A stretch of DNA of 64,000 nucleotides from Squalus acanthias. Its lineage: Eukaryota. Location of the stretch: positions 62,870,001 through 62,934,000 of the forward strand of contig CM059432.1 of NCBI GenBank assembly GCA_030390025.1, given 5' to 3'. Shown here piece by piece: positions 9,391-22,016 of the stretch; position 1 is the first letter of the stretch; each line of letters starts with the position of its first letter. A model generated the notes under the pieces. That model did no database searches and was not told the origin of the DNA. It saw only the letters and a program-made list of their open reading frames with translations. The translations under genes were made by a program, and so were the position numbers.

Positions 9391-11894
9391 AAGAGCAAAT
9401 ATGTAGGTAAATTTCTGAGAAGTGCAAAAACAATGGGGCAGTAATAGTAAGGGATTTCAACTACCCTAATATTAACTGGTCTAGAAGCAGTGTAAAAGGA
9501 ATAGAGGGTGCAGAATGCTTAAATGCATTCAGGAGAACTTTTTTAGCCAGTATGTAGCAAACCCAACAAGAGTGAGGGCAGTTCCGGACTTGGCTTTAGG
9601 GAATGAAGCTGGGCAGGTGGAAAAGGTATCAGTGGGCGAGCATTTGGTGGTAGTGATCATAATTCAGTTAGATTTAGCATAGTTATGGAAAAGGACAAAG
9701 ATAGACCAGGAGTAAAAGTTCTCAATTGAGGAAAAGCCAATTTTACTAAACTGAGATGTGATTTAGCAAAAGTGGACTGGAGACAGAAACTTGAAGGTAA
9801 ATCAGTATCAGAGCAGTGGGAGGCATTCAAGGAGGAGATAGTGAGGGTTCAGAGCAAATATGTTCCCACAAAGAAAAAGGGTGGGACTCCCAAATCTAGA
9901 AACCCCTGGATGTCAAGGTGCATACAGGGTAGGATAAGGCAAAAAAGGGAAGCTTATGTCAGATACTGAGAGCTAAATACTGCAGAAAGCCTAGAGGAGT
10001 ATAGAAAGTACAGGAGTGAAATTACAAAGGAAATTAGGAATGTAAAGAGAGGGCATGAAACAATATTGGCAAGTACAATCAAGGAAAACCCAAATATGTT
10101 TTATAAATACATAAAGAGCAAGAGGATAACTAAGGAAAGAGTAGGGGCTATTAGAGACCAAAAAGGTAACCCTGTGTGTGGAGGTGGAAGACGTGGGTGT
10201 GGTTCTTAATGAATACTTTGCGTCTGTCTTCACAAAAGAGATGGACGATATAGACATTGTAGTTAAGGAGAAGGAGTGTGAAATATTGGATGAAATAAAC
10301 ATAGTAAGAGAAAAAGTATTAAGGGGTTTAGCATCTTTGAAAGTAGCTAAATCGCCAGGCCCGGATGAAATGTATCCCAGGCTGTTAAGAGAAGCAAGGG
10401 AGGAAATAGCGGAGGCTCTGACCATCATTTTCCAATCCTCTCTGGCTACAGGTGTGGTGTCAGAGGACTGGAGGACTGCTAATGTTGTTCTGTTATTTAA
10501 AAAGGGAGAAAGGGATAGACCGAGTAATTAAAGGCCTGTCCGCCTAACCTCGGTGGTGGGCAAATTATTGGAAAACATTCTGAGGGACAGGATAAATCTT
10601 CATTTAGAAAGATACGGATTAATCAAGAACAGTCAGCATGGATTTGTTCAGGGAAGGTTGTGTCTCACTAACTTGATTGAATTTTTTGAGGAGTTAACAA
10701 GGAGGGTTTGATGTAGTCTACATGGATTTTAGCAAGGCTTTTGAGACAGTCCCACATGGCAGACTGGTCAGAAAAGTAAAAGCCCATGGGATCCAAGGGA
10801 AAGTGGCAAGTTGGGTCCAAATTTGACTCAGTGGCAGGAAGCAAAGGAAATGGTCGACGGCTGTTTTTGTGACTGGAAGGCCTGTTTCCAGTGGGGTTCC
10901 ACAGCGCTCAGTACTAGGTCCCTTGCTTTTCGTGGTATATATCAATGACTTCAATGTAGGGGGCATGATTAAGAAGTTTGCAGATGATACAAAAATTGGC
11001 CGTGTGGTTGGTAGTGAGGAAGAAAGCTATAGATTGCATGAAGCTATCAATGGACTGGTTAGGTGGGCAGAAAAGTGGCAAATGGAATTCATCCGGAGAA
11101 GTGTGAGGTAATGCACATGGGGAGGGCTACCAAAGCAAGGGAATACACAATAAATGGTAGGATACTGAGAAGTGTAGAGGAACAGAGGGACCTTGGAGTG
11201 CATGTCCACAGATCCCTGAAGGTAGCAGGACAGGTAGATAAGGTGGTTAAGAAGGCATACGGGATACTTTCCTTTATTAGCCGAGGTATAGAATACAAGA
11301 GCAGGGAGGTTATGCTTGAACTGTATAAAACACTAGTTAGGCCACAGCTAGAGTACTGCGTGCAGTTCTGGTCACCACATTACAGGAAAGATGTGATTGC
11401 ACTAGAGAGGGTACAGAGGAGATTTACGAGGATGTTGCCAGGACTGGAGAATTTTAGCTATGAGGAAAGTTTGGATAGGCTGTGGTTATTTTCTTTGAAG
11501 CAGAGGAGGCTGAGGCGAGATTTAATTGAGGTGCAAAAAATTATGAGGGGCCTAGATAGCGTGGATAGGAAGGACCTATTTCCCTTAGCAGAAGGGTCAA
11601 TAACCAGGGGGCATAGATTTAAAGTAATTGGTAGAAGGATTAGAGGGGAGTTGAGGAGAACTTTTTTCACCCAGGTGGGAGTCTGGAACTCACTGCCTGA
11701 AAGGATGGTAGAGGCAGAAACCCTCATCACATTTAAGAAGTACTTGGAGTGCCATAACCTACAGGGCTATGGACCAAGAGCTGGAAAGTGGGATTAGGCT
11801 GGATAGCTCTTTTTGGCTGGCACAGACATGATGGGCCGAATGGCCTCCTTCTGTGCTGTAAATTTCTATGATTCTATGGTTTTATGATTTCGAT
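9391..11894 (+). mobile_element. CR1 LINE (degraded ORF2), the target of the ERV insertion
   Basis: APE remnant (DFNYPNINW), KSPGPD, GVPQRSVLGP, KFADD, RPQLEYCVQFWSP; TTCTATGA-type 3' tail; many stops and frameshifts. Confidence 0.92.
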
Positions 11895-12281
11895 GTTGAT
11901 TGAGGGATAAATATTGACCAGGACACTGGCTAGGCTGCTCCATGCCAGGGATCAATGGGTGAGGAGTACTCAGCGCAGGCCCCGCCTATTGGTACACGCA
12001 AATCACACTGGGGTTCCACAATGGGTGCAGGACCCCGAGTTAAGTAGTTAGACATGGTCCCCACGTGTTTCGAGCAGGAGAGCCTGCCACCCATTTCGAG
12101 GTACACTCAAAAATCAAGTCGGGTAGGTCTCGGGCAGAAAATGGGTGTAAGACTTTTTTTTTACAAATTTTCATTTTCCCAACGTAAATGGGGCCATAGG
12201 CAAATGAAAATCTGCCCCCACATGTCTTCATCTGCAGCATAATTTCAAATTACCTAGAACAGGGCTGCAGCTTTTACATAT

Positions 12282-13190
12282 CAGACAATTTTAAACCCCC
12301 GCCCGGCAGAAACGTTTCAGGCAGGGGGGCGATAAGGTGGCAGAGGGGAACATGTACCACGTCTGGACCCACTTCCACCCCCCACCTCCCCCCCACCACA
12401 CGCATCCCCCCACCCCAAAAAAAAAATTCTTACTTGCCTGAATTCAGGTATGGGAAGGCCACTGGTCTGCCCATGCCAGAGAAGCAGGGGTTAATTTAAA
12501 TGCCAGTGTCTTGTCCAAAGTTCCCTCTAAATTTTATTTTTGTGCGCGGTACCTTTAAATTTGCTGCTGTGGCTGAGCACGTGCGGTATCTTAAATACCA
12601 ACAGTCCTGTGAGCGGCCTGCACGGTACCTTTCCGATTGCTGCGCAGCTGTGCACGCGCACATCTTAGAGGAAACATTGGTCGTGTTCCAATGACATCCC
12701 ACCACTTTAACCGGGAGTCCGCCTACATCCCGTATGGTCGCCATCTCGCCAACAAAAGCAAGGATCCCGGTCACAGAAGGCCCAGGTAAGTGACTTTTAA
12801 CATATTTTTTAAATGTACCTCGCAGGCCAAGAGGAGCAGCTGTGCTCAGTCTGCTGCACAAGGATACCTTAGGCCTCCCCTTCCCTGGGCAACCCCCGCT
12901 CTCCCTGATCGTGAACCCTCTGCTACATATCCTTCCTTATCTTACTGGGGACTGCTTCCGTGGTGCCCGGCGGGGGCCTGAGCCACCCCCCCACCCCCCA
13001 TCAATTTTGAGTTCCACTTGCCGGCGGTCACATCATTTACGCTGGCTTCAGGCAGGAGTCAGAGTTGGGTCATGCAAATGAGGTCAGGGTGTTAAAATCT
13101 CCCGGACCTCACGCTCCGGAGGCGCTGAATGTTTCGCCTCCCACGTCGGCCACCGCACCCCTGATTCCTACCCTGAGTCGAAATCGGTTC
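12282..13190. mobile_element. Degenerate non-autonomous DNA transposon (Harbinger-type MITE), approximate bounds
   Basis: GC/CpG-rich block with weak inverted ends (AGACAATTTTAAACC / GAGTCGAAATCGGTTC); shares the ATG..AATGAGG...GTTAAAATCTCCC.GACCT motif with 50684-50721. Confidence 0.35.
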
Positions 13191-13705
13191 TATAGGGGGA
13201 AAAATTCAGTTGGTTGCGCCTCCCGTTAGCGCCTTAAGAGGGCGCTAATGGGGCGCAAAGCAGCTAGCGCCTGGGCGCAGCGATGTTTGCGCCGCTCGCG
13301 AACTTAACTAGACATTTTGCGGCGGCGCTAAAATTTACCGCCGCGATCTCCTGCTCACGCAGATCTTGACGTCATACGAGGGTGCAACGCCCTTGTGGTG
13401 CCCCGGAGCGGAAATTGAGTGGCGCCCCCATCCTTTCCGCCTGGCGCATCCAACGACCGGAAGACTGGAACGCTATCAGTCGCTGTGGGGCTGGGGGGGG
13501 CGCTATTTAAAGGGAGCCTCTTCCTGTCTTTCTCTGTGGTTGACATTTTTGCACCACTTGTTCTGAGAGAGAGAGAGAGATTCGGAGAGAGAGAAAGAGA
13601 GACTTCTGCATTGAGTCAACGCTGTGTGAGGTAGTTTTGGCTACTGATCATAACTTGGCAGGTACTTTGGTTTTTGGCCTTCATAACTTTGCTTGCTAAA
13701 AGACT

Positions 13706-14736
13706 ATGGGGGCTGCCCTGATTGGGGGCGTCGTCCTGCGCCAGCTGAATCGGAGGACACAGAGACGCAGAGAGAGAGTGGCAATGATGGCCAGACGGAG
13801 GAGGGCCAACAGGCGTCTGTACAGGAGAGCTTACCCTCCCAGGGTATATCGTGAACCGCTCTCCTACATTCATATGTCTGAGGAGCAGTGTTTGCGAAGG
13901 CTGCACTTCAGCAAGGAGGTGGTCACTGAGCTCTGCCACCTGCTGCAGCCAGATCTGCAGCCTCAACTGAGGTCCAGGACGTCTCTGTCGGTGGCAGTGA
14001 AGATTACAGTGGCTCTGAACTTTTATGCTACTGGCTCATTTCAATCTGCTGCTGCGGACATCGGCAATATCTCCCAGTTCGCGGTGCATTGCTGCATCCG
14101 TCACGTCACAAATGCCCTCTTTAAAAGGAGACGAGAGTACATCTCTTTCCCCATGACCCCAGACAAGCAGCATGAACGCGCTCTGGGCTTTGCGAGGATA
14201 GCGGGCTTCCCCTTGGTGCAGGGCGCCATTGACTGCACGCATGTGGCTTTGCGTGCTCCGCATGAGAATGCCGAGGATTTCTGGAACAGAAAGGGGTTCC
14301 ATTCCTTGAATGTTCAGTTGGTCTGTGACCACAGACAGCTGATACTCGCTGTCAATGCCCACTATCCAGGCAGCTGCCACGATGCTTTCATCCTGCGCCA
14401 GACTACTGTGGCAGAACTTTTCGAGGCACCGCATCAGCCAGTTGGTTGGCTTCTCGGGGACAAGGGGCATCCATTGAGCACCTGGCTGATGACACCGCTC
14501 CGTACGCCCAACACCCCTGCTGAGCTGCGGTACAACGAGAGCCATCAAGCTACCAGGAACATTGTTGAGCACACAATCGGCGTGCTGAAGCAACGGTTCC
14601 ACTGTCTGGACCATTCTGGAGGAGCCCTGCAGTACTCGCCTGAGCGAGTTTCCCACTTCGTAGTTGTGTGCTGCATGCTGCATAACATGGCAATCCTCAG
14701 GACCCAGCCAATGCCACCAGGCCTTGGAGCACCACC

Positions 14737-14767
<31 letters not shown>

Positions 14768-14866
14768 GAGGAGGATGATGATCAGCAGCACCAAGGCGTG
14801 AGGGCGGCCCACAATGTTGAAACTGCAAGGGCCGTCCGTCAACGGCTGATAGCAAGCCGCTTCTAG
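13706..14866 (+). CDS. Harbinger DDE transposase (HARBI1-like, 386 aa, open frame)
   Basis: GAIDCTHV, NRKGFHSLNVQLVCD, YPGSCHDAFIL, LLGDKG, RNIVEHTIGVLKQRF, CCMLHN; acidic tail. Confidence 0.95.
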
Positions 14867-15453
14867 GCCCCTGCTGAGGAAATGGCTTCTGCCATTGAGA
14901 ACAACATGAATGAAACCAACCCGCAACCCCTAAGCCGGCCAAGGCAGCAATGATTCCAAAGACCAAACATGTATATTTTGAATACAAAAACTTATTTATT
15001 TCACAAACTCTGTGTGTGTCATTTCCTCATGACAAACTAATAGAAAGAAACACAAAAACACAGTCATTAACAGAACTGGTTCTCATAACCTGGAGATAAT
15101 GTCCAAAAGTTTGACCACGAACCTTAGCCTTTAATAAAAAAATGACCAACATTTTGTCACACCTCCTACTTTTTGCCCTTCGAGGGTGATCTCCTTCCCT
15201 TGCGCACTTCCCCCCTTCTTACCCTACTGCTCCTCCGTAATAGGACCTCAGTGGCTGCAGCAAGGCTGGTGGAAGGCTGCTGATTGTCAGAACCTGAGAC
15301 TGCAGATGCCCTTGAAGGACAGCCTTGACCAGCTCTGGGCCTGGAGGGCCCGGCTGCAGACTGCACCAACTCTGCATGGGCAGCAGCAGTCTGTCCTACA
15401 GGCGGTGGCAAGTGCAGTGGAGAAGTGACAGTGGTGGCAGCAGGAATGCTGTC

Positions 15454-15540
15454 ATCACCTGAGGAAGGAGCGATAGTTCCGAAAGCTTGTGATTTCAAAT
15501 AAAACTGTTGGACTATAACCTGGTGTTGTGCGACCTCTCA
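15454..15540 (+). mobile_element. 87-bp Penelope-like element terminal fragment with hammerhead motif
   Basis: Near-identical to 23275-23357 and 58784-58869 (AAATAAA.CTGTTGGACTATAACCTGGTGTTGTGCGAC); ATC repeated at 15454 and 15541. Confidence 0.85.
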
Positions 15541-16564
15541 ATCTTGAGAGAGGACAGCAACTCCCTGCTCGACCGACACACTGGCACTCCCACGGGGCAG
15601 CACTTCAGCACCCGGAGCAATCTGCTGGAGCACAGATTGCTGGCCTGCTGCGGCGCGGTGAGAGCCCCGGGGAAATGTGTACGAACCATCGAGGATGGCA
15701 GCAGTCAGTGCTCGCGTGGCCGCAATCTGAGTCTGCATGAGAGCAGTCTGAGACTGAATTGCAGCACTAAGCTTTAGTGTGGCATCCGCCTGTGCTACAG
15801 CGAAGTGCTCCACACTCCTTGCCAGTGATTCAATGCATTCGGGCACCCTTCCCACTGCACCCATGAGCTCAGTGTGCATGTCCACCGCCTGGGTGTTCAT
15901 TTCAGCGATGAGCCGCTCCTCCTCTGTGTCCAGTGCAGTAGGAGTCGCTGGCATACTCTCCCTCCGGGGAGAAGGCCCCCGTTCTTCCCTACCCCCATGG
16001 CGTTGCTGCAGCCCGCTGGGTCCTGGAGCTTCACCCTCATCAGACCCTTCCCCCCTGCTCCCCTCCAGGGAAGGCGTGTTCCAAGTGTGGGCATGGGCTT
16101 CCTCGGGAGAGGGTGGCACTGATGCTCCGCCTTCATCTTCCTCCTCGCCTGCAGCTTCACTCCCACTGGCAGCTTGAAGGCCCGTCTCCTCAGCTGGTGA
16201 ATCACCATCTGAAAGCAGGGAGGTACAAGAGTGGCTTTAGTGTGAGGACAGGGTGGCAGTAAGGGAGGAATGAGTGCAGCGATTTAGTAAGTTGGATTGA
16301 AAGTGTCAAAGGCTGGTGTTGTGAGGGACAAGTGGAAGGACAGAGGACAAAAAGGTGCTGACCTTACCATTGCTGTCCAGAACGGGGTCGGCGTCTCCAG
16401 TGGCGACGGGACCGATCACCCGGCTTGCCACAATCCTGTGGACGCGCTCCTCAAGATCGCTGAGGGGTTGCAGCTGAGGCCGCCCTCCACCCGTCCGTTG
16501 CTGCTGTCTCCTATTATGAGATAGCTTGGCCTGCAAGAAAAAGGACGGCGTCTGAGTAAATATA

Positions 16565-16672
16565 CAGCCATGGTCTTGCCTGATGTGCCTCCCACAGGTG
16601 ATTAGCCCTTACTGTATGCAGCCATGGTCTTGCCTGATGTGCCTCCCATAGGTGAATAGCCCTTACTGTATG
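16565..16672. repeat. 54-bp tandem duplication in Myb intron 1
   Basis: CAGCCATGGTCTTGCCTGATGTGCCTCCCA..GCCCTTACTGTATG twice, two mismatches. Confidence 0.9.
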
Positions 16673-18224
16673 CATAGTGTGGAATGTGCGTGTGTGTTTC
16701 ATGAGAGGGCCATAGGTGTTGGATGAGTGTTGTGCATTGGGGTTTTAAGATCCTCTGGCCATAGAGTGAGGTTGAGATGGAGGGATGGAGAGGTATTGAA
16801 AAAAAGCCACTCACCCTGACGACCCGAGTGAGGTCGTTGAACTTTTTTCGACATTGTACATGGGTCCTGGGCACCATGCTCCTGCAGGAGACGCTCTGAG
16901 CCGCCTCCCTCCACACTCTTCTGTACTCCCGCGGCAAAGGCCTCCTGCCACTCTCAGGGAAGAGTACAGATCTTCTGCGGTCCACCGCGCCAACCAGAGC
17001 CTCCAAGGCCCGCTCGCTGAAGCGCTGAGCTCGTTCTCTCACCCTCTCCATAGTCCTTGGCTGGAAGATTTAGGCACAGGTCTCTCCAGGCCGAGATTCA
17101 AGGCTCCAATGAGCAGGGTGTGGCTGGAGTGCAAGATCGACCCTCCCCTTTAAGAACTGTCTGGCGCCAGTGTGTCTGTGTTCCATCGCTAACTGACAGC
17201 ACCTGCGCTGCGCCCGCGCTCTGAGTTAGCGCCTCGCTCCTCGGCCTTTGCGCCTTAAGACAGGTGTGTAGCGCCTGATTTAGCGCTCCAATCACCTCCA
17301 GGGGCGATAAAAGTCAAGTTTGCAGTCAGTGGCGATAATTAGCGCCAGGCGCTAATCTTTGCGCACGGCCGATAATTGCGCCCCAAATGGGGCGAGACTG
17401 AATTTCTCCCCCATAGTCTTTACAGGCATGGGTGAATCAGAAACTTGTTGGTTCTGAGGAAAGACTACTGTTGAAAACAAGTGGCCACCTTTCGAGAGAT
17501 GATTACTGATGACTAACATTATTAAAATATGGGATTTATTATGCTGAACACATGCAGCACTCTGGTGAATCAGGCCAAACAAGAAAGGGGAAAGAAATTC
17601 TTCCTGCTGTGCAGCTGTGGGTCCAGATCTGAGGCGAGGATGGGCTATCATTTGGCTTTAACTTTTAAAACAGCTTTAATTCGCTACTTCACAAAATCAC
17701 AAGATAATTATAAATGACAGCACACCGCTCATCTGTCTGGAAAAGGATATCGGGGAAAATTTTAATCTTTAGCGCTTCCCGTGGAGAGCCTTGCACGGCA
17801 GGAGTGCATATCAGGCATTCAGACGCATGCCCAATTCCTGATATGCACTCCCGGATCATAAAACTCAGTACCAGCAGTGCTAAAGACGAAAGTTTACTTC
17901 ACAGTCCCCACATCATAGTATTCAATCTTCTTTTAAATGAGTCCAAGGTTTTTGCCTCCACCAGCTGCCCAGAAGTCCGTTCCATGTGTTGATCAATCCC
18001 TGCATGAAGAACTTCCTGACATCAGTGCAAACTTTGCCTTTCGCCAGTTGGAACGTCTGCCCTTTTGTCATTCTGTGACCAGTCAGTGCTCCAGATTGTC
18101 CTTTTCTATAACATTTACTATTTTATACATACCACTATGAGGTCCCCTCCCAGTCACCTTCTCTCAAGCCTGAAGAGTCTAAATTTCTTTAGTCTTTGTT
18201 CATGACTCAGTTCTCTGACACTAT

Positions 18225-18631
18225 GAGGTAGACTTTACCCAACGGGTGGCCGACCGATGGAGCATGCTGGTGGCCACCCATGGTGCCGACGGGAGGCTGG
18301 GTCCATTTTGAGGGCCAGGCCTAGCCTCATTGCCATGCCACCGGCCTGTGGGTGCTAAATGGCAGCTTGACTGGAGCTTGCTTAATCCGGGCTGGCCCAA
18401 TATTGGGCAGCCCGGAAGACGACTCAGTTGGTAAGTCTGTGGGGGGAAGGGGGCTGCGGTCGTATATTAAAGGGGCCTACCGCCTGAAACAGGCAGGTAC
18501 TCTGGTCGCCCAGCATTAGGCCTCTTTCCGGATGGTGTCGGCCGGGTTGGGAGTAGGAACAGAGCGTTAAGTTATTCCAAGCAATTTTTGGGGTGCTACC
18601 TCCCTGTTTCCGTTTGATGAAAATCTCCCCC
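18225..18631. mobile_element. Degenerate Harbinger-type MITE
   Basis: GC-rich block with degenerate ends GAGGTAGACTTT / AAAATCTCCCCC resembling the Harbinger TIR. Confidence 0.35.
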
Positions 18632-18660
18632 TAGAGTCCATCATCATCATAACTCTTTAA

Positions 18661-19805
18661 CCAAGGCAGCATTTGATTGAGTGTGGCATCAAGGAGCCCT
18701 AGTAAAACTGAAGTCAATGGGAATCGGTGGGAAAACTCTTCACTGGCTGGAGTCATACCGAGCACAAAGGAAGATGGTTGTGGTGGTTGGAGGTCAATCA
18801 TCACAGCCCCAGGACATCGCTGCAGGAGTTCCTCAGGGCAGTGTCCTAGGCCCAACCATCTTCAGCTGCTTCATCAATGACCTTCCCTCCGTCATAAGGT
18901 CAGAAGTGGGGATGTTCGCTGATGACTGCACAGTGTTCAGTGCCATTCGCAACTCCTCAGACAATGAAGCAGTCCATGCCTGCATGCAGCAAGACCTGGA
19001 CGACATTCAGGCTTGGGCTGATAAGTGGCAGGTGACATTCGCGCCACACAAGTGCCAGGCAATGACTATTTCCAACAAGCAAGCATCTATCCACCGCCCT
19101 TTGACATTCAACGGCATTACCATCGCCGAATCCCCCACCATCAATAGCCTGGGGGTCACCATTGACCAGAAACTTTACTGGACCAGCCACATAAATACTG
19201 TGGCAACAAGAGCAGGTCAGAGGCTGGGTATTCTGCAGCGAGTGTCTCACCTCCTGACTCTCCAAAGCCTTTCCACCATCTAGAAGGCACAAGTCAGGAG
19301 TGTGATGAAATACTCTCCACTTGCCTAGATGAGTGCAGCTCCAACAACACTCAAGAAGCTCGACACCATCCAAGACAAAGCAGCCCGCTTGATTGGCACC
19401 CCATCGACCACCTTAAACATTCACTCCCTCCACCTCCGGCATACCGTGGCTGCAGTGTGTACCATCTACAAGATGCACTGCAGCAATTCACCAAGGCTTC
19501 TTCGGCAGCACCTCCCAAACCCGTGACCTCTACCACCTAGAAGGACAAGGGCAGTAGGCACCTGGGAACACCACCACCTCCAAGTTCCCCTCCAAATCAC
19601 ACATCATCCTGACTTGGAAGTATATCGTCGTTCCTTCAAAATCCTGGAACTCCCTCCCTAACAGCACTGTGGGAGTACCTTCACCACACGGACTGCAGCA
19701 GTTCAAGAAGGCGACTCACCACCACCTTCTCAAGGGCAACTAGGGATGGGCAATAAATGCTGGCCTTGCCAGCGACACCCACATCCCATGAACGAATAAA
19801 AAAAA
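18661..19805 (+). mobile_element. 5'-truncated non-LTR retrotransposon (CR1/Jockey-group RT, distinct family) with A-rich tail
   Basis: [38 protein letters not shown]; ends GAATAAAAAAAA. Confidence 0.85.
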
Positions 19806-20099
19806 GTCCTGAAAGACCTTTTATTTTTTTTAAACCGTGCACCTCTTTTCTTTCACAAAACATCTTCAGATCTCATTTTCTGTAGAAATCTAAAGATGCA
19901 AGGGTAAATGCAGCAATCTTGCACTTTCATCGTCCAGTTCTGATGAACGGTCTGCCCTATGGAAATTAGATGCCCTTCCGCTGACCCTGCTAACTCTACA
20001 GGGTTAGCACAGTGAGCACTGGCGTGCAACATCCGGGTTGAACCTTTAGGATCTTGGCCCAGATATTTTCAGGGCCTTGGACTGTAGTTACCTAGATCC

Positions 20100-21500
20100 A
20101 CCCTAGAAACCTTTCTAAGTAATCGCATTATATTATCTGTCTGCAATCCCTGGCACCACATCTTTTTTATCTAATGAATCTCTAAATAACTCTTCCAATG
20201 GTTCGACTACTACATTTTTGAGTTCCGTATGAACCTTACAATGAACCTCATCCAGCCCAGGTGCCTCATTTACTAGGATTTTATTCAAGTATTTAGCTAT
20301 CAATTCTGTAGTAATGTTGATTTTGTTACACCCTCAATATGACTGTCTTCAAACATCCACTTGCTTATGCCTCAGTAGTGTCCTTTTCTCTTGTAAATAT
20401 TAAACTAAAGAATTAATTTAACTTTACAAGTATGTCCACATTTTCACTAATCTTGACACTATTTCTGAAGACAGTGTCAAACTTATAATTTTGTGTTTTT
20501 AGCTTTTGCTCCATGTACTTATATTTTTTCCATTTGTCTTAATTGCCTTAGCAATTTTAAATCCATATGCTTGCTTAGCTCTTTGAATGGTCCTTTGACA
20601 CTCTGAGTTTTTCCTGATATTGACACTCTGTCACAGACAACTTAATAGTTTTGGAATACCTTTACTTTATCCCTAATAGTTTTTATTATCTTCCCTGTTC
20701 TTGAAGCCAACCGTCTTCATCCATTATTCTTTCTATAGCTCCTAGTTCACCCAGTTCCCTGTCAATTACCTTTTTTAAGACTGTTTTATTCTTTATTAGT
20801 CCTGTCCTATTATTCGCCTACTTGTTTGCGCATGCTCCTAAAATCTGCCTTCCTAAAGTTTAATGCTCTAATGCTACCTTTTTCTTTTGCTTACTCTGAA
20901 CCGTATGACCCTATGATCGCTATTCCCCAACTGCTCCCCTTCTCAATTCCTGCTATAATGTTCCATTTATGTCATGTTGATTCACACAACAGTTCCTTAA
21001 TGCACCCAGAAATTCCAGACTCTTTTTATTACTAGCACTACTCAAAACACCTTTGAATTTACAAGTAGCAACAATCCCCCATTATTAAAACATTACCTTT
21101 GCTGGTGCTTTCCTTATTTCCCTGTGAAATATCTGATCAATGTCAGCTGTTTATTCAGAACAGTCTGTAATGTGTTCCCACTGGTCATTTCTTTTTGCTT
21201 CCTTTATTTAACTGCATCCAGAATGATTCAGTCTCGTGAGTCCCCTTTAATATCCTGGCTTTCCTGTACCTTTCTGATACCCTCTTTATACAATGAGATT
21301 CCTCCATCCCAATACCTACATCCATTTCCCCTAAACAGTTTATATCCCTTCACTGTTATCTCCCATTTGTGCTCTTCCCCACTACAGCTTCCCCACCAGA
21401 ATTTGCCTAAACAGGCAGGCTTTCCGTCAGATTTTTTTTTAATAACAGTAAATTTAAAGGAAAATTATGATGACTTTAATGTCCTATCCGTCTTTGTCTG
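20100..21500 (-). mobile_element. Old, highly degraded CR1-like LINE, approximate bounds
   Basis: Pyrimidine-rich plus strand with remnants of CR1 ORF2 motifs, e.g. around 20250 (SPG-like) and 21270-21330 (APE-like). Confidence 0.4.
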
Positions 21501-21514
21501 TAATTTGAGCACAT

Positions 21515-21876
21515 AATTAAGGCTGATACTTTCAATGCAGTCCTGAGAGAGTGCTGCATTGTTGAAGGTGAAATGTTAAACTGAAGCCCCATCTGCTTGC
21601 TCAGGTGGATGTAAAAAACTACACAACACTATTCAAAGAACTGCAGGGAGTTCTAGTGTCCTTGCCAACATTTCTCCCTCAACCAACAGCACCAGAAACA
21701 GATTAACTGGTCACTCATTTCATTTGATATTTGTATGACTTTGCCGTGTGCAAGTTAACTGCTGCATTTGCCTAAAAACAGTGACTACAATTCAAAAGTA
21801 ATTCATTGGCTGCGAAGTGCTTTGGCATATCCCGAGGATGTGAAAGGCACTTAAAAAATTCAAGTTCTTTTCTTTC
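21515..21876 (+). mobile_element. DeuSINE-type SINE (AmnSINE1/SacSINE1-like), partial
   Basis: Deu-domain-like CAGTCCTGAGAGAGTGCTGCATTG..CTCAGGTGGATGTAAA..CACTATTCAAAGA and tail GTGAAAGGCAC..CAAGTTCTTTTCTT; inverse homolog at 30328-30638. Confidence 0.65.
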
Positions 21877-22016
21877 TGTGTTTGTTCTGGAATAGTTCTT
21901 ATATATGATTCGTTCCTGATAAGCATATGCTCAGCAGCAACCAATCATAATAGAGTACAAAATACTGCGGAAGCTGGAAATCTGAAATAAAAACAGAAAA
22001 TGCTGGAAATCTGAAA

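Larger units (their letters stand above)
15166..17051 (-). pseudogene. Harbinger Myb/SANT-like DNA-binding gene; exons 17051-16815, 16530-16368, 16208-15166; exon 3 interrupted at 15454-15540
   Basis: RFSERALEAL..W..PRTHVQCRKKFNDL; GTGAGT and GTAAG donors and YAG acceptors give consistent phases 0 and 1; exon 2 has RTGGG; ORFs 15538-16119 and 15166-15498 are in the same frame on either side of the insertion. Confidence 0.88.
13195..17412 (+). mobile_element. Near-complete two-gene PIF/Harbinger DNA transposon (4218 bp)
   Basis: 16-bp TIRs GGGGGAAAAATTCAGT (13195-13210) and ACTGAATTTCTCCCCC (17397-17412), 15/16 match; 3-bp TSD ATA; convergent transposase and Myb/SANT genes. Confidence 0.95.

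Noticed and set aside
13706..14866. Domesticated host gene HARBI1
   Set aside because: Flanked by TIRs, a TSD and a partner Myb gene, so it is a transposon copy.
14036..14926. 296-aa antisense ORF
   Set aside because: Shadow of the GC-rich transposase frame, with no motifs.
19936..19975. Extra hammerhead candidates (CTGATGA at about 19940; minus-strand relic near 29420-29450)
   Set aside because: Core or stems too degenerate to support; at most old Penelope remnants.
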